A stretch of DNA of 64,000 nucleotides from Syncephalis fuscata S228 (taxonomy: Eukaryota; Fungi; Zoopagomycota): positions 18,998 through 82,997 of the forward strand of contig JAHLTZ010000057.1 in assembly GCA_025786725.1 (NCBI GenBank), written 5' to 3'. The translations under genes were made by a program, and so were the position numbers. Of this stretch, positions 13,972 to 26,910 are shown in pieces. Every line of letters starts with the position of its first letter. Positions within the stretch are counted from its first letter, which is position 1. The notes below the pieces were generated by a model. The model was given only the letters and a program-made list of their open reading frames with translations, ran no database searches and had not been told where the DNA came from.

Positions 13972-14938
13972 CACAAACTCTGACAGTGGCAACCGTAATA
14001 ATGATGAAAGATTACGCCAAGTCACAAGCAACTCCAAACAATATACTATTAGTTTGCTGCAAAAAGAAAGGAAAGCAAAAAGAAAAGGAGAAATGCTATT
14101 GTTATTGCTGCTGCTGTTTCTACTACCACTGTTGTTGAAGTGGACAAGACGATAAAGAGTTTAAGTTGAAGTGGGACAAGGATAGAAGACTATCATTGAG
14201 TGATAATCACTCGGACTACTTTAGGGATCGTTGGGGGAGTCTAAACTTGGTATAGACCGTGTATGAGAAATAACTTGCATCCAACTGCATAATTACAATG
14301 GGCCTATATTTAGTAACAACAATATCGGTGCCATTTAATAAATTATTTGAAAATTATTTGTAAAACTAATTAGATACTAATTAGCTAGTAAAGTAATAAG
14401 TAATGATTTAATAATTAAAAAGATTTAAAAAATCTAATAATGTGTACAACAATAATGTACATACCAACAAGTACTAATTGCCCGCAAATACCGAATTTGT
14501 TTAACAATAAACGGCTTGCTATTCTGTCGTTATACATGACTAAAAATAACAAGTCCTGTTGATCAATTTATAGATAGTAAAACAGCAAGGAGCTATTTAC
14601 CCAGGATACAGAATGTTGGAATTATCGTCATTGTGTTATCGCATGTTAAAACACCGCCGATGTGTTACCATCGATATTATGCTCATGATGTATTGAACCA
14701 AACACCACGGGAAGAATTGTTCATCCACTTACTAATCCACACATTTCATGTTTCCATACTGCACCCCTTGCGGTTTTTCTTCTTTTTAAGCAACATTTTT
14801 TGTTTTTGAAGAATTAGCTTATCACGCTTTTTACGAATATTTGATAATTGCAATTGTTTTTTCTATACAAACTTAATTTATTGCATTTGTTTGTATACTA
14901 TTTGCGCAACATTTCAAAAATAGCATCGTATCGATATA

Positions 14939-16974
14939 ATGTCAAAATCGCCTACCAATGGTGCCACTACTAGTGGCGACAATAGCCATACTACCGATGT
15001 CGATAGCAGTAGTATGAGTAGTAGCAGTAGTAACAGTAGCGATGGCATCGATTTAGCTATTAGTGCCAATGCTACTGAAGTAATACTACCTAGGGAAAGT
15101 ACGCCTTTACCAACACGACAGCTTATTGTCATATGTTGTGCTCGTTTTGGTGAACCAGTTTCTTTTACCATGCTATTTCCATTTGTATATTTTGTAAGTA
15201 GTTATATTAATGTCAATGTCAATCAAAACTAATTATGGTAACAACTTTTAATAATTTAATCAACTAGATGGTAAGATATTAATACTTTACTGAAAATAAC
15301 AACAGCGTACTAATAATCGCTAGATAAGAGACTTCATATGACCGATGACCAAAAGGAGATTGGTTACTATGTTGGCTTTCTAGCTTCATCATTTGCGGTT
15401 GCTCAATTCTTTAGCGGTAAGTTGCTGTTGTACATTTGTATTTAATAAGGGGTGGACTTGCAGATGGGTGCTTATGCATATTGAATAGGTCTCCCTTGGG
15501 GCTACTTGTCCGACCAGATTGGCCGTCGTCCGGTTATTATGGCTGGCCTACTTGGGACTACAATATGCTCATTGTTATTTGGTCTAAGCACGTCGTTTGC
15601 TTGGGCCATAACAGTGCGTATTATGGCCGGTCTATTAAACGGCAATATCGGTGTTGTTAAAAGTATGGTGGGCGAAATTACTGATGCAACAAATCAAGGT
15701 AAATAGCACTATGCGCAGGTATACAAAGACTAACTGTCCATTTAGCGCGTGCATTTAGTTTTTTGCCTATGGTCTATGGCATGGGATGTATTGTCGGACC
15801 AACTATTGGCGGACTGCTTTCCTATCCAGCCGACAAGTATCCAGAGCTATTTGGCGATAGTGCTTTCCTACATAACTACCCATTCTTTTTGCCTTGTGCT
15901 ATTTGTGCATGTTTCACATTCATTGGCTTTTTACTTACTTTGTTTTGCTTGGAAGAAACGCTAAATTCCGAAAAATATGCCGAAAAGACCGGTACACGTA
16001 CTCGAAAACACTCTACCGCAGCAAGTCTGTGCCCATCAACCGATGCTGGCATAGCTAGTGAAATTAGCCCATTGCTTGGCACGTCTCCTACTCCAAACTA
16101 TACTGGCAATAGTGGCACAGGATTAATAAATTACAAGCCTATGATCCATGGTCTATCGAAAAATAACAGAAACACACCACGAACATTGGAAAGCAACAGT
16201 ACTAACAACCACCATCCTAATGCAAGCAAGAAGTTTATTCCGAGTCAATGCTGGGCACCTATCGTTGCTGGCGGCGCCCTTGCGTTTCAATCAATTATAT
16301 TTGATGAAATATTTCCTATATGGGCTGCAACACCTATCATACTAGGTGGTCTTAATTTCTCATCCAACAACATTGGTGCTACGTTGTCAGCAGCTGGTGT
16401 ATTCACGCTATTTGTCCAGTTATTCCTATTTCCCTCGCTAGAAAGACGGTTTGGTCCACACCGCTTGTTTTATTTGTCTATGTTTGCATACTCAGTTGTT
16501 TTGTTTATTTTCCCTTCGCTTTCACTACTTGTTGGTGTGTCATATGGTGAAATTGATCCACGTATATTGCTCTGGACATGTTTAATTCTATGTATGGGAT
16601 GGCGTATTACATGCAGTGTTCTAAGCTTTACCTCATATAACTTATTGGTAAGTTGATGGCTAGTCTATGCGTACTAGTTATGCTAATTTATAGTTCAATA
16701 GATCCTTGAATCGGCTCGCGGTACTGGCACGCTTGGTACGGTCAATGGAGCGGCTATGTGTGCCCAATCGTTGGCGCGTGCTATAGGACCCGCACTAGGT
16801 GGCATTTTATGGAGTTGGTCTTTGCAGGCCAAATGTGACTATCCGTTTAATTACTCACTTACCTGGAACATCGCCGGGTGTGCCAGTCTTATCACAGCCA
16901 TCTGGATGATGCGCACCATTCCAAAAAAACCAAATAACGCTGCTGAAACGGTATTTGATAGTAGTCGTGCTTAA
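14939..16974 (+). CDS. MFS transporter, ZIFL1/YCR023C-like (paralogue 1)
   Basis: TPLPTRQL, FGEPVSFTMLFPFVYF-M-IRDF, IGYYVGFLASSFAVAQF, WGYLSDQIGRRPV (MFS motif A), GLLNGNIGVVKSMVGEITD, GPTIGGLL, LGTVNG, SLARAIGP. Confidence 0.93.
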
Positions 16975-17379
16975 TTGGTTGTTTCCGTATCCAAACATAT
17001 CATTTACTATTCTTATTGCTCTATTATTACTGGTACCATGTTATTATTAATAACTATTTTAGTTTAGCTTATTAGATGTTTTATTTATTTGTGCTAAAGC
17101 TGTTAGATTAATTGTTCTTTTCATAATGTCATCATAATTTAGTGGCAATTCAATGTAATTTAGTGTTAAATGACCAAACTTATAACATTTGCGCAATTGA
17201 ACTAAATATTTGCTTTATTAAGCATGGTATTGGATGATGAGTAGCATTAAATATTAAATTATAATGTTTTGATTTGCCATAAAGCGTCACTGAACAGATT
17301 TTCAGTATCATACAGTGTGATCTGCAATTGCAATCAATAGCAAAAAAAACAAAATGCATGCCAATAATTAGCGGTATAT

Positions 17380-17590
17380 ATCCAATATAGCATAAAAACA
17401 AGGTAGAAATGCGCTTATCGTGCCAAAGAAGCTGTCAACAGCAATGATTAAAGTGATGAAAATGATTTGTAACAAAAGGTCAAATTAAAGAAGAGTAGTG
17501 CAGGGAGGTGATGTAGAGATTGTTGATGCTTAACTGATAGCCAATCAACTACTGAGATTATCTAAATGGCATATACGGAATGTAGTAGTG
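17380..17590 (+). repeat. Dispersed repeat fragment (family B), homologous to 57645-57850
   Basis: CAATATAGCATAAAAACA...AAAGAAGCTGTCAACAGCAATGATTAAAGTG aligns by eye with CAACATAGCATAAAAGCA...AAAGAAGCTGTCAATACCAATGTTCAAAGTG. Confidence 0.6.
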
Positions 17591-17672
17591 TATGTTATAG
17601 AATGATATATAATAGTATGGAATGATATATGCATACTGGATAACAATCTATAATGATGAGTATTTGATGTTA
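17585..17672 (-). repeat. Fragment of family A repeat arm
   Basis: TAGAATGATATAT...GCATACTGGATAACAATCTATAATGATGAGTATTTGATG matches the right arm at 12057-12160 and 58660-58700. Confidence 0.65.
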
Positions 17673-18332
17673 ATTTAAATGTGTAAATATTTATAAATAC
17701 AGTCATTTAACTCCACATCACAGTTATTATTTAATAAACTCTTTAATAATGGCAAGTTTGCTTATTAAAAGAAAGACGTATACTTTGCTTCAATTAGTTG
17801 GATACAACGGGTATTTATATTAGTATTTAAAACACAGTATTCGAGATATAATTATGCCAAGAGTCCCCTAGTTACCGTTAAAGCATTTCCGCTTTTCAGC
17901 CTTTAAATGTATTCTTCACCAGCTCAATATACCTTTCTGGTATTGCGATGAGTGAACATTTTAAGCTTATTCACGACACTGAATTGTCTACACTTTTGAT
18001 GTTCAGCAGTAACATCTCCAGACCGTGACCGCATCATATTGAGTCATTTGTCATTCACCGAAAAAACTTGTACAAAGTCCACCGTAACTGCTATGTTGTC
18101 CCACCTTCTTGCATCCATTGAGACGGCATTAGCACCGCCACTTCTATGTTATCAGTTGGTGCTACATTATTGGTTAATAATAGCATGTTTTTCAAGATAA
18201 TGATTTTTTTACAAGTTCTATTATTAATGCTGTTTTCGGCTAAAATTATTGCCATATGTGAATGATGAAATACTCCTGAATCGCCGTCCTAAAAATTCCA
18301 CGCTCTTTTTTCTATTTCATTAGTTTTACGAA

Positions 18333-20168
18333 ATGAGAAATATCGAGAATCAGCCAGAAGTTACGCCACTTCCACGTTTGCAACTCTTCATTATTTGCTG
18401 TGCAAGGTTTGGCGAACCAGTGGCACTAACTGTACTGTTTCCATTTGTGTATTTTGTAAGCTACAAGTGTAATAGCCAATAGTAAAATGTTGACTAATAG
18501 CGACTATCATATATCCGTTTGCTACCCATCGTTGCTATTAGATGGTAAGTAATACAAGATTAACTAGATTAAGCTTATATTGTTGTAGGTAAAAGATTTC
18601 CATTTATCAGACGATCCAAAAGAGACTGGCTATTATGTTGGGCTTTTAGCATCAGCCTTTAGCATTGCCCAATGTATCAGTGGTAAGTTGGCGTAGCTTT
18701 ACTTATCATTAGCTTATTAGCGTTTATTAGGCATTCCCTGGGGCTGGCTATCTGATCGAATTGGTCGACGGCCGGTAGTGCTTGTTGGCCTGCTTACCAC
18801 AACGACTTGTACAATTGCCTTTGGATTTAGTAAATCGTATCACTGGGCATTAACTACCCGAGTGTTAGCAGGTCTTGGTAATGGCAATGTAGCCGTACTT
18901 AAAAGTATGGTAGCTGAAATATCAGACAAAACAAACCAAGGCAAGTATTACATTCATATTACAATGTATTATTGAAGCTAATGTAACGATATTCAGCCCG
19001 TGCCTTTAGCTTTATTCCTTTATCCTTTGTGATGGGCAGTATTTTTGGTCCGCTTATTGGTGGTATACTTGCAGATCCAGCACACCAGTATCCAGATACT
19101 ATTGGTAAAATTCCTATATTACGTCAATATCCTTATTTATTACCCTGTATTGTTTGCGCAAGTATTGCTTTTGTTGGTTTTATAATGGCATTTTTATTTC
19201 TAGAAGAAACGCTTCATCTATCTAAAGAAGAACTGGTTGTAGCATCAAATAACAGTCACCAAGCTGTAAAACCCAACGAACAAAGTTCATTACTACGCAC
19301 TGAACAATCTGGACAAAGTATTAATTATTTATCTAATACAGTTGAAGATGGCTCATCGGAAGATTTACTACCAATACCAGCAATGCAATCCACTTTAATG
19401 CCATTAAGAACAAATGATCACCAAAAAAACAAATTTATTATTCCAACTAATTGTTGGCCACCCATTCTATTTTACGCACTGCTCTCCTTCCAGTCTATCA
19501 TTTGTGATGAGCTTACACCATTGTGGCTAGCCACGCCTATTATTGATGGTGGACTTGATTTTAACAGCTTCAAAATCGGTGCAGTACTATCGATTTGCGC
19601 GGTTGTTACCTTAACGACTCAGCTCCTTGGATTTGCTCCCTTACAATATCGACTTGGTTCATGGCGTCTATTCCGCTGGTCAATGCTACTTGCCGTCCCT
19701 GCGTTCCTGCTACTACCTTACACCAACTTACTGGTCCGTACTGACAACGATGACGAACACCAGCTATCCAGAATGCTCATGTGGCCGGCAGTACTGTTGG
19801 GTGTTGGTTGGCGATTGGGGCTTGGCGTTCTTTCGTTTACCAGCGTGAATCTCATTGTAATCGATGCCGCCCGACAGGCTCACACACTCGGAACGGTCAA
19901 CGCGGTCGCACAATGTTCTAGCTATCTGATGCGTAGCATAGGGCCTATCATCTGTGGTACTCTCTGGAGTTGGTCTTTAACCAACGAACTGAACTGGCCT
20001 TTCGATACACGATTTGTGTGGCTGTTGCTGGGACTAGCATCGTTTCTCACGTATGTGGCCGCCGGTCGTTGGCTTGTGGCGGACACTGCTCCTTGCAATT
20101 TAATTCGATGGGAAAATGATAATGCGCTGACGACAGCAAGTGAAGACACCGATGACGCAGACAATTAA
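18333..20168 (+). CDS. MFS transporter, ZIFL1/YCR023C-like (paralogue 2, tandem duplicate)
   Basis: MRNIENQPEVTPLPRLQL, FGEPVALTVLFPFVYF-M-VKDF, WGWLSDRIGRRPV, GLGNGNVAVLKSMVAEISD, GPLIGGILADP, LGTVNAVAQ; same exon layout as paralogue 1 apart from the last intron. Confidence 0.93.
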
Positions 20169-21015
20169 CACACGTATTCTGTGCTGCTGCTACACTATAG
20201 CAGTCAAGTAAATGCTACTAATGGCTGTATTGATATTCAACGTATTGAAGTAGAAAAGAGGCGATGCCAATGATCTCATCTAGTTCGCTGTTACACTTAT
20301 TGAGTTATAGAAAAATAAAAGCTGGTTTCATATCGTTCGATTAGTCCAGTCTTTTCCTGTTGAAGGAAGCAGATAGAAAATGGATACATTAGCGGTATGT
20401 ATACGTTCAGTCTACCTATCAATCAAGTCGCTCCGCTCAAATAACCGATTGTAAAAGTATGCTTGTCCCAATATGGTAAATGACACATGGATATCCAATA
20501 AACTACATCATAGAAATATCATTTCTGTAACAGTAGTCATTCATATGCCTGCACTGAATGTACGCAGTGCATACATTGTTTTATTTTTTGTAAACACAGG
20601 CAGAAAACAGGCTACTTCTGTATCTGCGTTACTGTGCTGGTCATGCTCGACAAACAAGGCTTGGTCTAAATAAATACACGATTCTCGAGAGTTCCCACGG
20701 CCATCGATGTACTACTCCGTTGTGTTCCGTTCCTCTTTATTTCGTTTCTATTTTAACACTATCCTCTTGCCATCATTGACCAACCCATTACTACTGCAAC
20801 TACTGCAACTGCAACTACTACGGCTACTTGTTTTCCCTTATTATCATTGTTTTCTGCTATTGACCACCCTTTAACTTTGCTTTAACCATAGCCTGATCAT
20901 CGCATTTGCTGCTTTTTCCAACTCGATTTACTGCATTACAAATATTATATATACATTCTCAGCTTTCGTCTTTATTTCTACTGTGCGTGTGATTCGTGTT
21001 TCTATTATTGCTACC

Positions 21016-21794
21016 ATGTCAAAATCATCGACTGCTGTTCCAGTTCCAAAAGATCTTGACGATCTGGTCCGTCTCCTCCGCCTGGAGCTGGGAGAACATG
21101 GCCTTGATTCAAAGGATATTGATGTAGCACGTATCCAACAGTTGATGGCCAATTATGCTTCTTGTGACGACGATTGGAAGAAGTATGCCATGTTTGACCC
21201 GTACCGCTACACGCGCAATTTGGTCGACGACGGCAACGGCAAGTTCAATCTACTTATTCTTGCTTGGGGCGAGCAGCATCAGAGTGCCATTCATGACCAT
21301 AGCGACTCGCATTGTATAATGAAGATCTTGGACGGCGAGCTGCAGGAGGAGCAGTTTGAGTGGCCAGAGACAGGCTGCGACGAACCGAACTGCCCAACTA
21401 TGATGACGCCGGACGCAGAGGATGATCAAGGAGCCATGTCGCTAATAAAGTGTTCAAATTACAAACGCGATCAAGTCACCTACATTCATGGTAAGTGGAC
21501 AGTTAATTTATTAATATTAAGGAAATGTTGTTGTAGTAATAGGCTGCCATGCATTGGCTATAATATTCATTCATATACTAATTTGTGTGTACGTATTGTT
21601 AATTAGATCAAATTGGTCTGCATCGTGTAGGCAATGTAGCATCGGGTAAAGGTGCGGTATCACTCCACCTTTACACACCACCCTTCGATATGTGTCGTAC
21701 ATTCTGCGAAGGAACTGGCAAGGCACGTGCTAGTGGCTGCACCACTTTCTACTCTGTCCATGGCAAGCGAGTACATCATAACCAGAAGGTGTAA
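21016..21794 (+). CDS. CDO1: Cysteine dioxygenase type I (2 exons)
   Basis: YTRNLVDDGNGKFNLLILAW, SAIHDHSDSHCIMKILDG, YIH/DQIGLHRV, AVSLHLYTPPF: 3-His triad, substrate Arg and Cys/Tyr cross-link residues present; intron 21491-21606; stop 21792-21794. Confidence 0.95.
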
Positions 21795-24700
21795 GCATCA
21801 CGTAGTGCTTTTGCTTTCTTGTTTATGTTCTTCTAAGCCATCATCGGCAGGATTAGAGCTTGCTGGTGATGTGCAACGTATTTTGCAATTGCGTAATACA
21901 TCCATTATTTTTCATTTTTTCATTATTCGGTTATATGACTATTTTTATCAACAACAAAGCTTATTGTATGATATATTTCGAGTCATTTAGTTGCTTTAAA
22001 AGTGCAATCTTGGCAAATTAATCATGTGTTCAATAATAGTAATAATACTGCCATGTTGGCGCGTGTATTTCTGTTCAGCTACATGGTCTAGCTACAGATG
22101 GGCGATCCATCATAGTTTACCTGTTTAATTATAATAGCCGATGCATCTTTATGCATTTTGGCTTTGTACTGCGAGAGAGAATCGGAACAACCTATGATAT
22201 TTATTAGAATTAAAGCGTTGAAAGACATACAATCTATATTTATTTGATATTATTTTTACTTCATTGTGTATAGTTTGCCAAATCAATTTAAGGCTTATTA
22301 ATTAACGCTTCATTGTTGCTGTCAAAGCTACGCCAAGAATACCCGCTGCATGGTGCGTACAAAGTGATTTAAAAAGCCGAGATATTCTTTGTAGTAGCCT
22401 CGCCTATCTCCTTTGCATTGTAGTGATGCTGAACTGCTGATACGCGTCACGTCAGATCATTATATTGTTACCTGCCCCTGCCATGACATACTGCCAATGA
22501 ACAGTAGTGCCATCGCCTATCATTCTACTACACGTAGCCCCTTCTGTTGTCCTTGCCTTGAACGGCATCGACACGCACAGTCAGTGAATAAAAATATGCC
22601 TGAATGGGTCACCATACTTTTAACTGGTCTATATCTGTTCTTTGGTCTACCCCTTTAAAAGCGCCTTTGCATCGCTGGACAGCTACCACCAGTGTCTTGC
22701 CTTCCTGAGCAATTAACGACTTGAGCCCGCACATTTCTCCATCCGTCTATTGCTTATCTTTTTTAGCCCATCTATCTGGTATATTTTAGCACGTCCAGTT
22801 GCCTAAATTGATTCCACGTGTTGCCTATACATTATATTGATTACATGACTGTTTAGCGTCGAATATCCACAGAATTGGATACTCAGACAATCACCCACTG
22901 GTAGGTAACATTTTCTGCACTTAATAATAGCAATTGTCTATGCTACTCGTCCAACGTTCGTATTACTGGCATTAAATACGTCGTGGAATCATTCAAGCTG
23001 TTGTAGATGACTGCGATAATGATTGTGTATTTTCCACCTATCTTTTTTACTTATACATTTTTGTACATTCTGTGTTACAAAGCCGAGATAGTCTTTCCAA
23101 TACTATTGGTGCTAATCCGCCTTGAATATGCATTTGCCTGCACATATAAACTATTTCTCGTTTCAATCGTATTTACTACATGAAACGTGTTCTATATGAG
23201 CCAGTCGCGATTTAATACTATTTTAATTAGCTTGCTATTTTTATGGCGGGCGGAGTAACATTTGCACTATCTTGCGTATTAAAACTCCGGAAAGCGCAAA
23301 ACCATTAATTTATTGAACACTTTTCGCGTCGACTTTCTATGTTAACATGCATGTGGCATGTGTGCTTTTCATGGCTTCTACTGCACATTGCGCCATGTTA
23401 TGTGAATGTCGCACTGGCCGATAGATGCAACGGGGATAATAACAGGCTTATTCAGGTATTTTGAACTTCATACGTTCAGCCGTCGCATATGTGTTTACTT
23501 TTATGGTATGGTGTTGTGCGTATTTGTGTAGCCAATATGTCACTGCTATTGTTCTGGCTATTGCCATTATTATCGTGCCATCATCGCCACACAGTTGACA
23601 GGCAGATTGTTAAGGGGACAAGGCTTTGTCTGAATCATCCATCTCATTGTCGATGTTATTATAGGTTCCTTAATCATGCAGAGCGGTCATTCAGCGTTCC
23701 TTTTCCAACTGCTATAAACCCCATGTATAATTGCACGTGCATTAGTTGATCTCCGCCTTGAACTTTATAACAGACAAGAAAATCTCTTCTCTTCTCTATT
23801 CTCCAGACTATTTACGCTCGCAGTTTTGATATTTGTGCACATCCAACATCATTATACCTTGCTACGATACACGTGTTTCTTCAACGTAGACCTACCGTGT
23901 CACCAGTTGATATCGATTTCCAATCCATGCCACAGCCATAGACCATACAGCACGGTAAGTACACGCCACTCTTTGTCGGCTTTCGAGCGATAGAGTATAT
24001 TGCCATGGTCGATATTATGCAAATCGCAACATCACATGGCCTATAACTACCTGATTTTACACTCATAATAATTCATTGGAGTCGATTAAATATTTACTCT
24101 CACGCATGCCGTTATCGAAACATGTGATGTTTTGCAATGGCACTAGAAATACTACGTGGTGCGCAGTGCTATTTTTTATTACGTAGTATGGATGACAGAC
24201 TCTCACGCAACAGTTGCACTTATGTTCGCATGTATCTGCTCGCTTATCTTGTTCTATTAGCGACCATATGAAATGTGCAGCGCTCCTCTCTACTGTCTGG
24301 TTGTACAATGTGGAGTGGAGTTCGGCAATTGAAAGCAGCAGTAGTGATGATGATACTACTACTACTACTGTATCATTACGTAGCATGTGTTGTTGTCACC
24401 TTTGCATACCTGTATTTTGCATACCTATTGAATAGTGAGACAAATAGATGGACAGACAGACAGACAGACATATGGATAGACACACGAATCTGCAAGTATA
24501 CACATGCATATCTAGTCGCTCGTCGTTACATCATAATTCATTAGATGTTATTATTGACATTGGCTAAGCATTGCGATAGCGAACATCAGCGTAATTTGAT
24601 ATAACGTGAGATGCTATTTTACTATATGAAGCTGCCGTTTCAACACATGTAATTTTACTACTTTACTTTATTCCTAATATTCATTCACACAACTATCAGT

Positions 24701-24974
24701 AGCGAACTTTTTAGACACTTCTTTGTAAGACAGTGCTCTATCAAATCGTTTATCTTGTTTTTTTTTGCGTTTGTAAAGGCTTTTTTTGCCAAGGTTCAAG
24801 GACTCGATCATCCTATTAATTAGGCCTTGATACTTTACAATCATATTATAATAATCGATTGGCCATTTAACACGCATTAATACCATTAGCTTACACACTA
24901 TTTTCATAGGTTTATTGATACACAGTTTAATTATTTCTATTAAACCATCGATCAGTGATTTGTTTTTGTATACA

Positions 24975-26537
24975 ATGCCATGCGGTAAACTCTTTTCCCA
25001 GAAAGATACAATGACTACAGCAATTACAGAAGTGTCTGCCAAGTCTAGCATGCTATCAATGTCTACAGCGGTCACATCCGCCAATGCATCACAATTTTCT
25101 CTGCCGCGCACTACAAGATCGTCAATGGCGCATACATTTATCGGCATGCATGAGCGATCACAACCATTGTCAGAACCTACACCGACCCGCCAGCGAAGTG
25201 GCAAGAAATCACGCGTAGGTGCTACTCTTCGTTCGGCCGCAGGCTTGTTTAAAAAGTTTTGTGCACCTATTATTTCAATTTCAACATCAAAATCATCCAA
25301 AAACAAAAGCACATCACCTCAGTTAAAACGGAATGTCCGAAATAGCCAGCACTTTGTCTACAAGCCAAATCATCGCCACCAAAGACGCTCATCGGTATTC
25401 ATAAACGATACTACTGCATCTGCGCCTGTTATGCTCCCATCTAACGATGACACAACAGATACAGCAGCAGAGGTCTCGTGCTTTTGCGCGTTACACGGCG
25501 CAGTTTCCACGGCATTTGAACATCATCCTTGCTGTCCGCTGATCAATGACTCACCACTAGCCAGTTTAGCCGCTAACTGGCCAGTACATACATCCGCTTT
25601 AGAATTACCTGAAGCAATCCATCTTAGCACTCGTCGAAGCATTTCTGCCACTGGTTTGGCTGAACGTTTACGTTCATGGAAGCCGCGTGGCCATCGCTCT
25701 CATGTACGATCTCAGTCCCAGCCGTTTTCGCAGTCCCGATGGAGAAATGCCCAGTTTTTAACGGCATGCTACAACGATCCAACGGGCCCAAAGGTCTGGA
25801 CTGACGATGTTGCGACCGTTGAGCCCACGCCTCGACGCGGTGGATCGTTAGACTTGCCCAGAACAGCCGAATTGTTCTACACTTTGCCACCCAAGGCGCA
25901 ACGCCAGCTATTTTCGCCCGAAGAACGTCTAGTACTTACAGGACGACCAGACAACGCTCCACTCCGCAGGCGTACAAGTCAGCATTGTCTTGCTGAGCTA
26001 TATCAGCTATCAAATCAGCACTCATCCAACACTGCTTTGCACTATTCGTGCAGTGACTCATCAGCTTTAGAGCTTGAACTCAACGATGACGCCGAGTCCA
26101 CTCGATCATTTTCAGCCGATTCGTACTTTTGTTCATCATCTATTGCAATTTCAAGGCATTCATCTGAAGAAATCTACTCCATAAGTAACTCGACTGACGA
26201 AGATGCATTTTATTATACAGGCCATTATAGTCGAGAAGATGCAGTACCTGTAAATATTGCACCATTACATCAAAGAAATATTTCAACATCAGCATCATTC
26301 AATCCAAGCAATACCCGTAGCGTGGCGTTATCCTCTAGCCAGGAACAAACAAGCAGTCTGTCGGACCGACACTATCACTATAATGATAGTCGAGTGCGTC
26401 GTATGCTACGACGGTTTCGATCGCGCCAGCGATTTGACGAAATGCTTTGGTTTGGCTTTGCTGGCGAAGAGGAAGGAGAAGGACGTACGCTAACGGTACG
26501 CGTAACTCTTACGCCCGATATGCTTCAGGCTGAGTAG
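24975..26537 (+). CDS. Conserved fungal hypothetical protein, low-complexity with three short conserved motifs (intronless)
   Basis: Long open frame; motifs LPPKAQRQLFSPEE, YNDSRVRRMLRRFRSRQRFDEMLWFGF and RTLTVRVTLTPDML resemble a recalled uncharacterised fungal family; start ATG uncertain (24975 or 25010). Confidence 0.75.
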   Translation: MPCGKLFSQKDTMTTAITEVSAKSSMLSMSTAVTSANASQFSLPRTTRSSMAHTFIGMHERSQPLSEPTPTRQRSGKKSRVGATLRSAAGLFKKFCAPIISISTSKSSKNKSTSPQLKRNVRNSQHFVYKPNHRHQRRSSVFINDTTASAPVMLPSNDDTTDTAAEVSCFCALHGAVSTAFEHHPCCPLINDSPLASLAANWPVHTSALELPEAIHLSTRRSISATGLAERLRSWKPRGHRSHVRSQSQPFSQSRWRNAQFLTACYNDPTGPKVWTDDVATVEPTPRRGGSLDLPRTAELFYTLPPKAQRQLFSPEERLVLTGRPDNAPLRRRTSQHCLAELYQLSNQHSSNTALHYSCSDSSALELELNDDAESTRSFSADSYFCSSSIAISRHSSEEIYSISNSTDEDAFYYTGHYSREDAVPVNIAPLHQRNISTSASFNPSNTRSVALSSSQEQTSSLSDRHYHYNDSRVRRMLRRFRSRQRFDEMLWFGFAGEEEGEGRTLTVRVTLTPDMLQAE

Positions 26538-26910
26538 TCGCTTAACAACATTTCGCTTTTTTTACTATTAATATTATCCAAATACCGCCTACAATCTCCC
26601 TTTCCGCGATACGTACTGTAGAGTTTTTTCTGTATTTTTTGTTATGATTTCCGTTAACGTTCAATTCGATTTATTAAATAAATTTGCAAATATTACACGT
26701 AGTTTATTGATGCTTTTATTTTTTCTATAAATAGAATTGATCAAGCGTAGTAACAAATGGCACATTTAGTATTTTACAAGTCGCTACAGTCTTACTAATG
26801 CTTTTTTTACCTTTATTAAATAAGAGATAAAAATAAGCTGCTTTATTTATTTGACATCATTACAATTTTAGTCATATATGTCTATTAAATAAAGCATATT
26901 TTAGTTTTTA

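Noticed and set aside
17850-18170. Slightly GC-richer, coding-like patch between the MFS paralogues
   Set aside because: The minus-strand frames I read were interrupted by stops and no family was recognisable; too weak to call a pseudogene.
24674-25312. 212-aa minus-strand ORF
   Set aside because: Antisense shadow of the plus-strand hypothetical gene and its leader; no recognisable domain.
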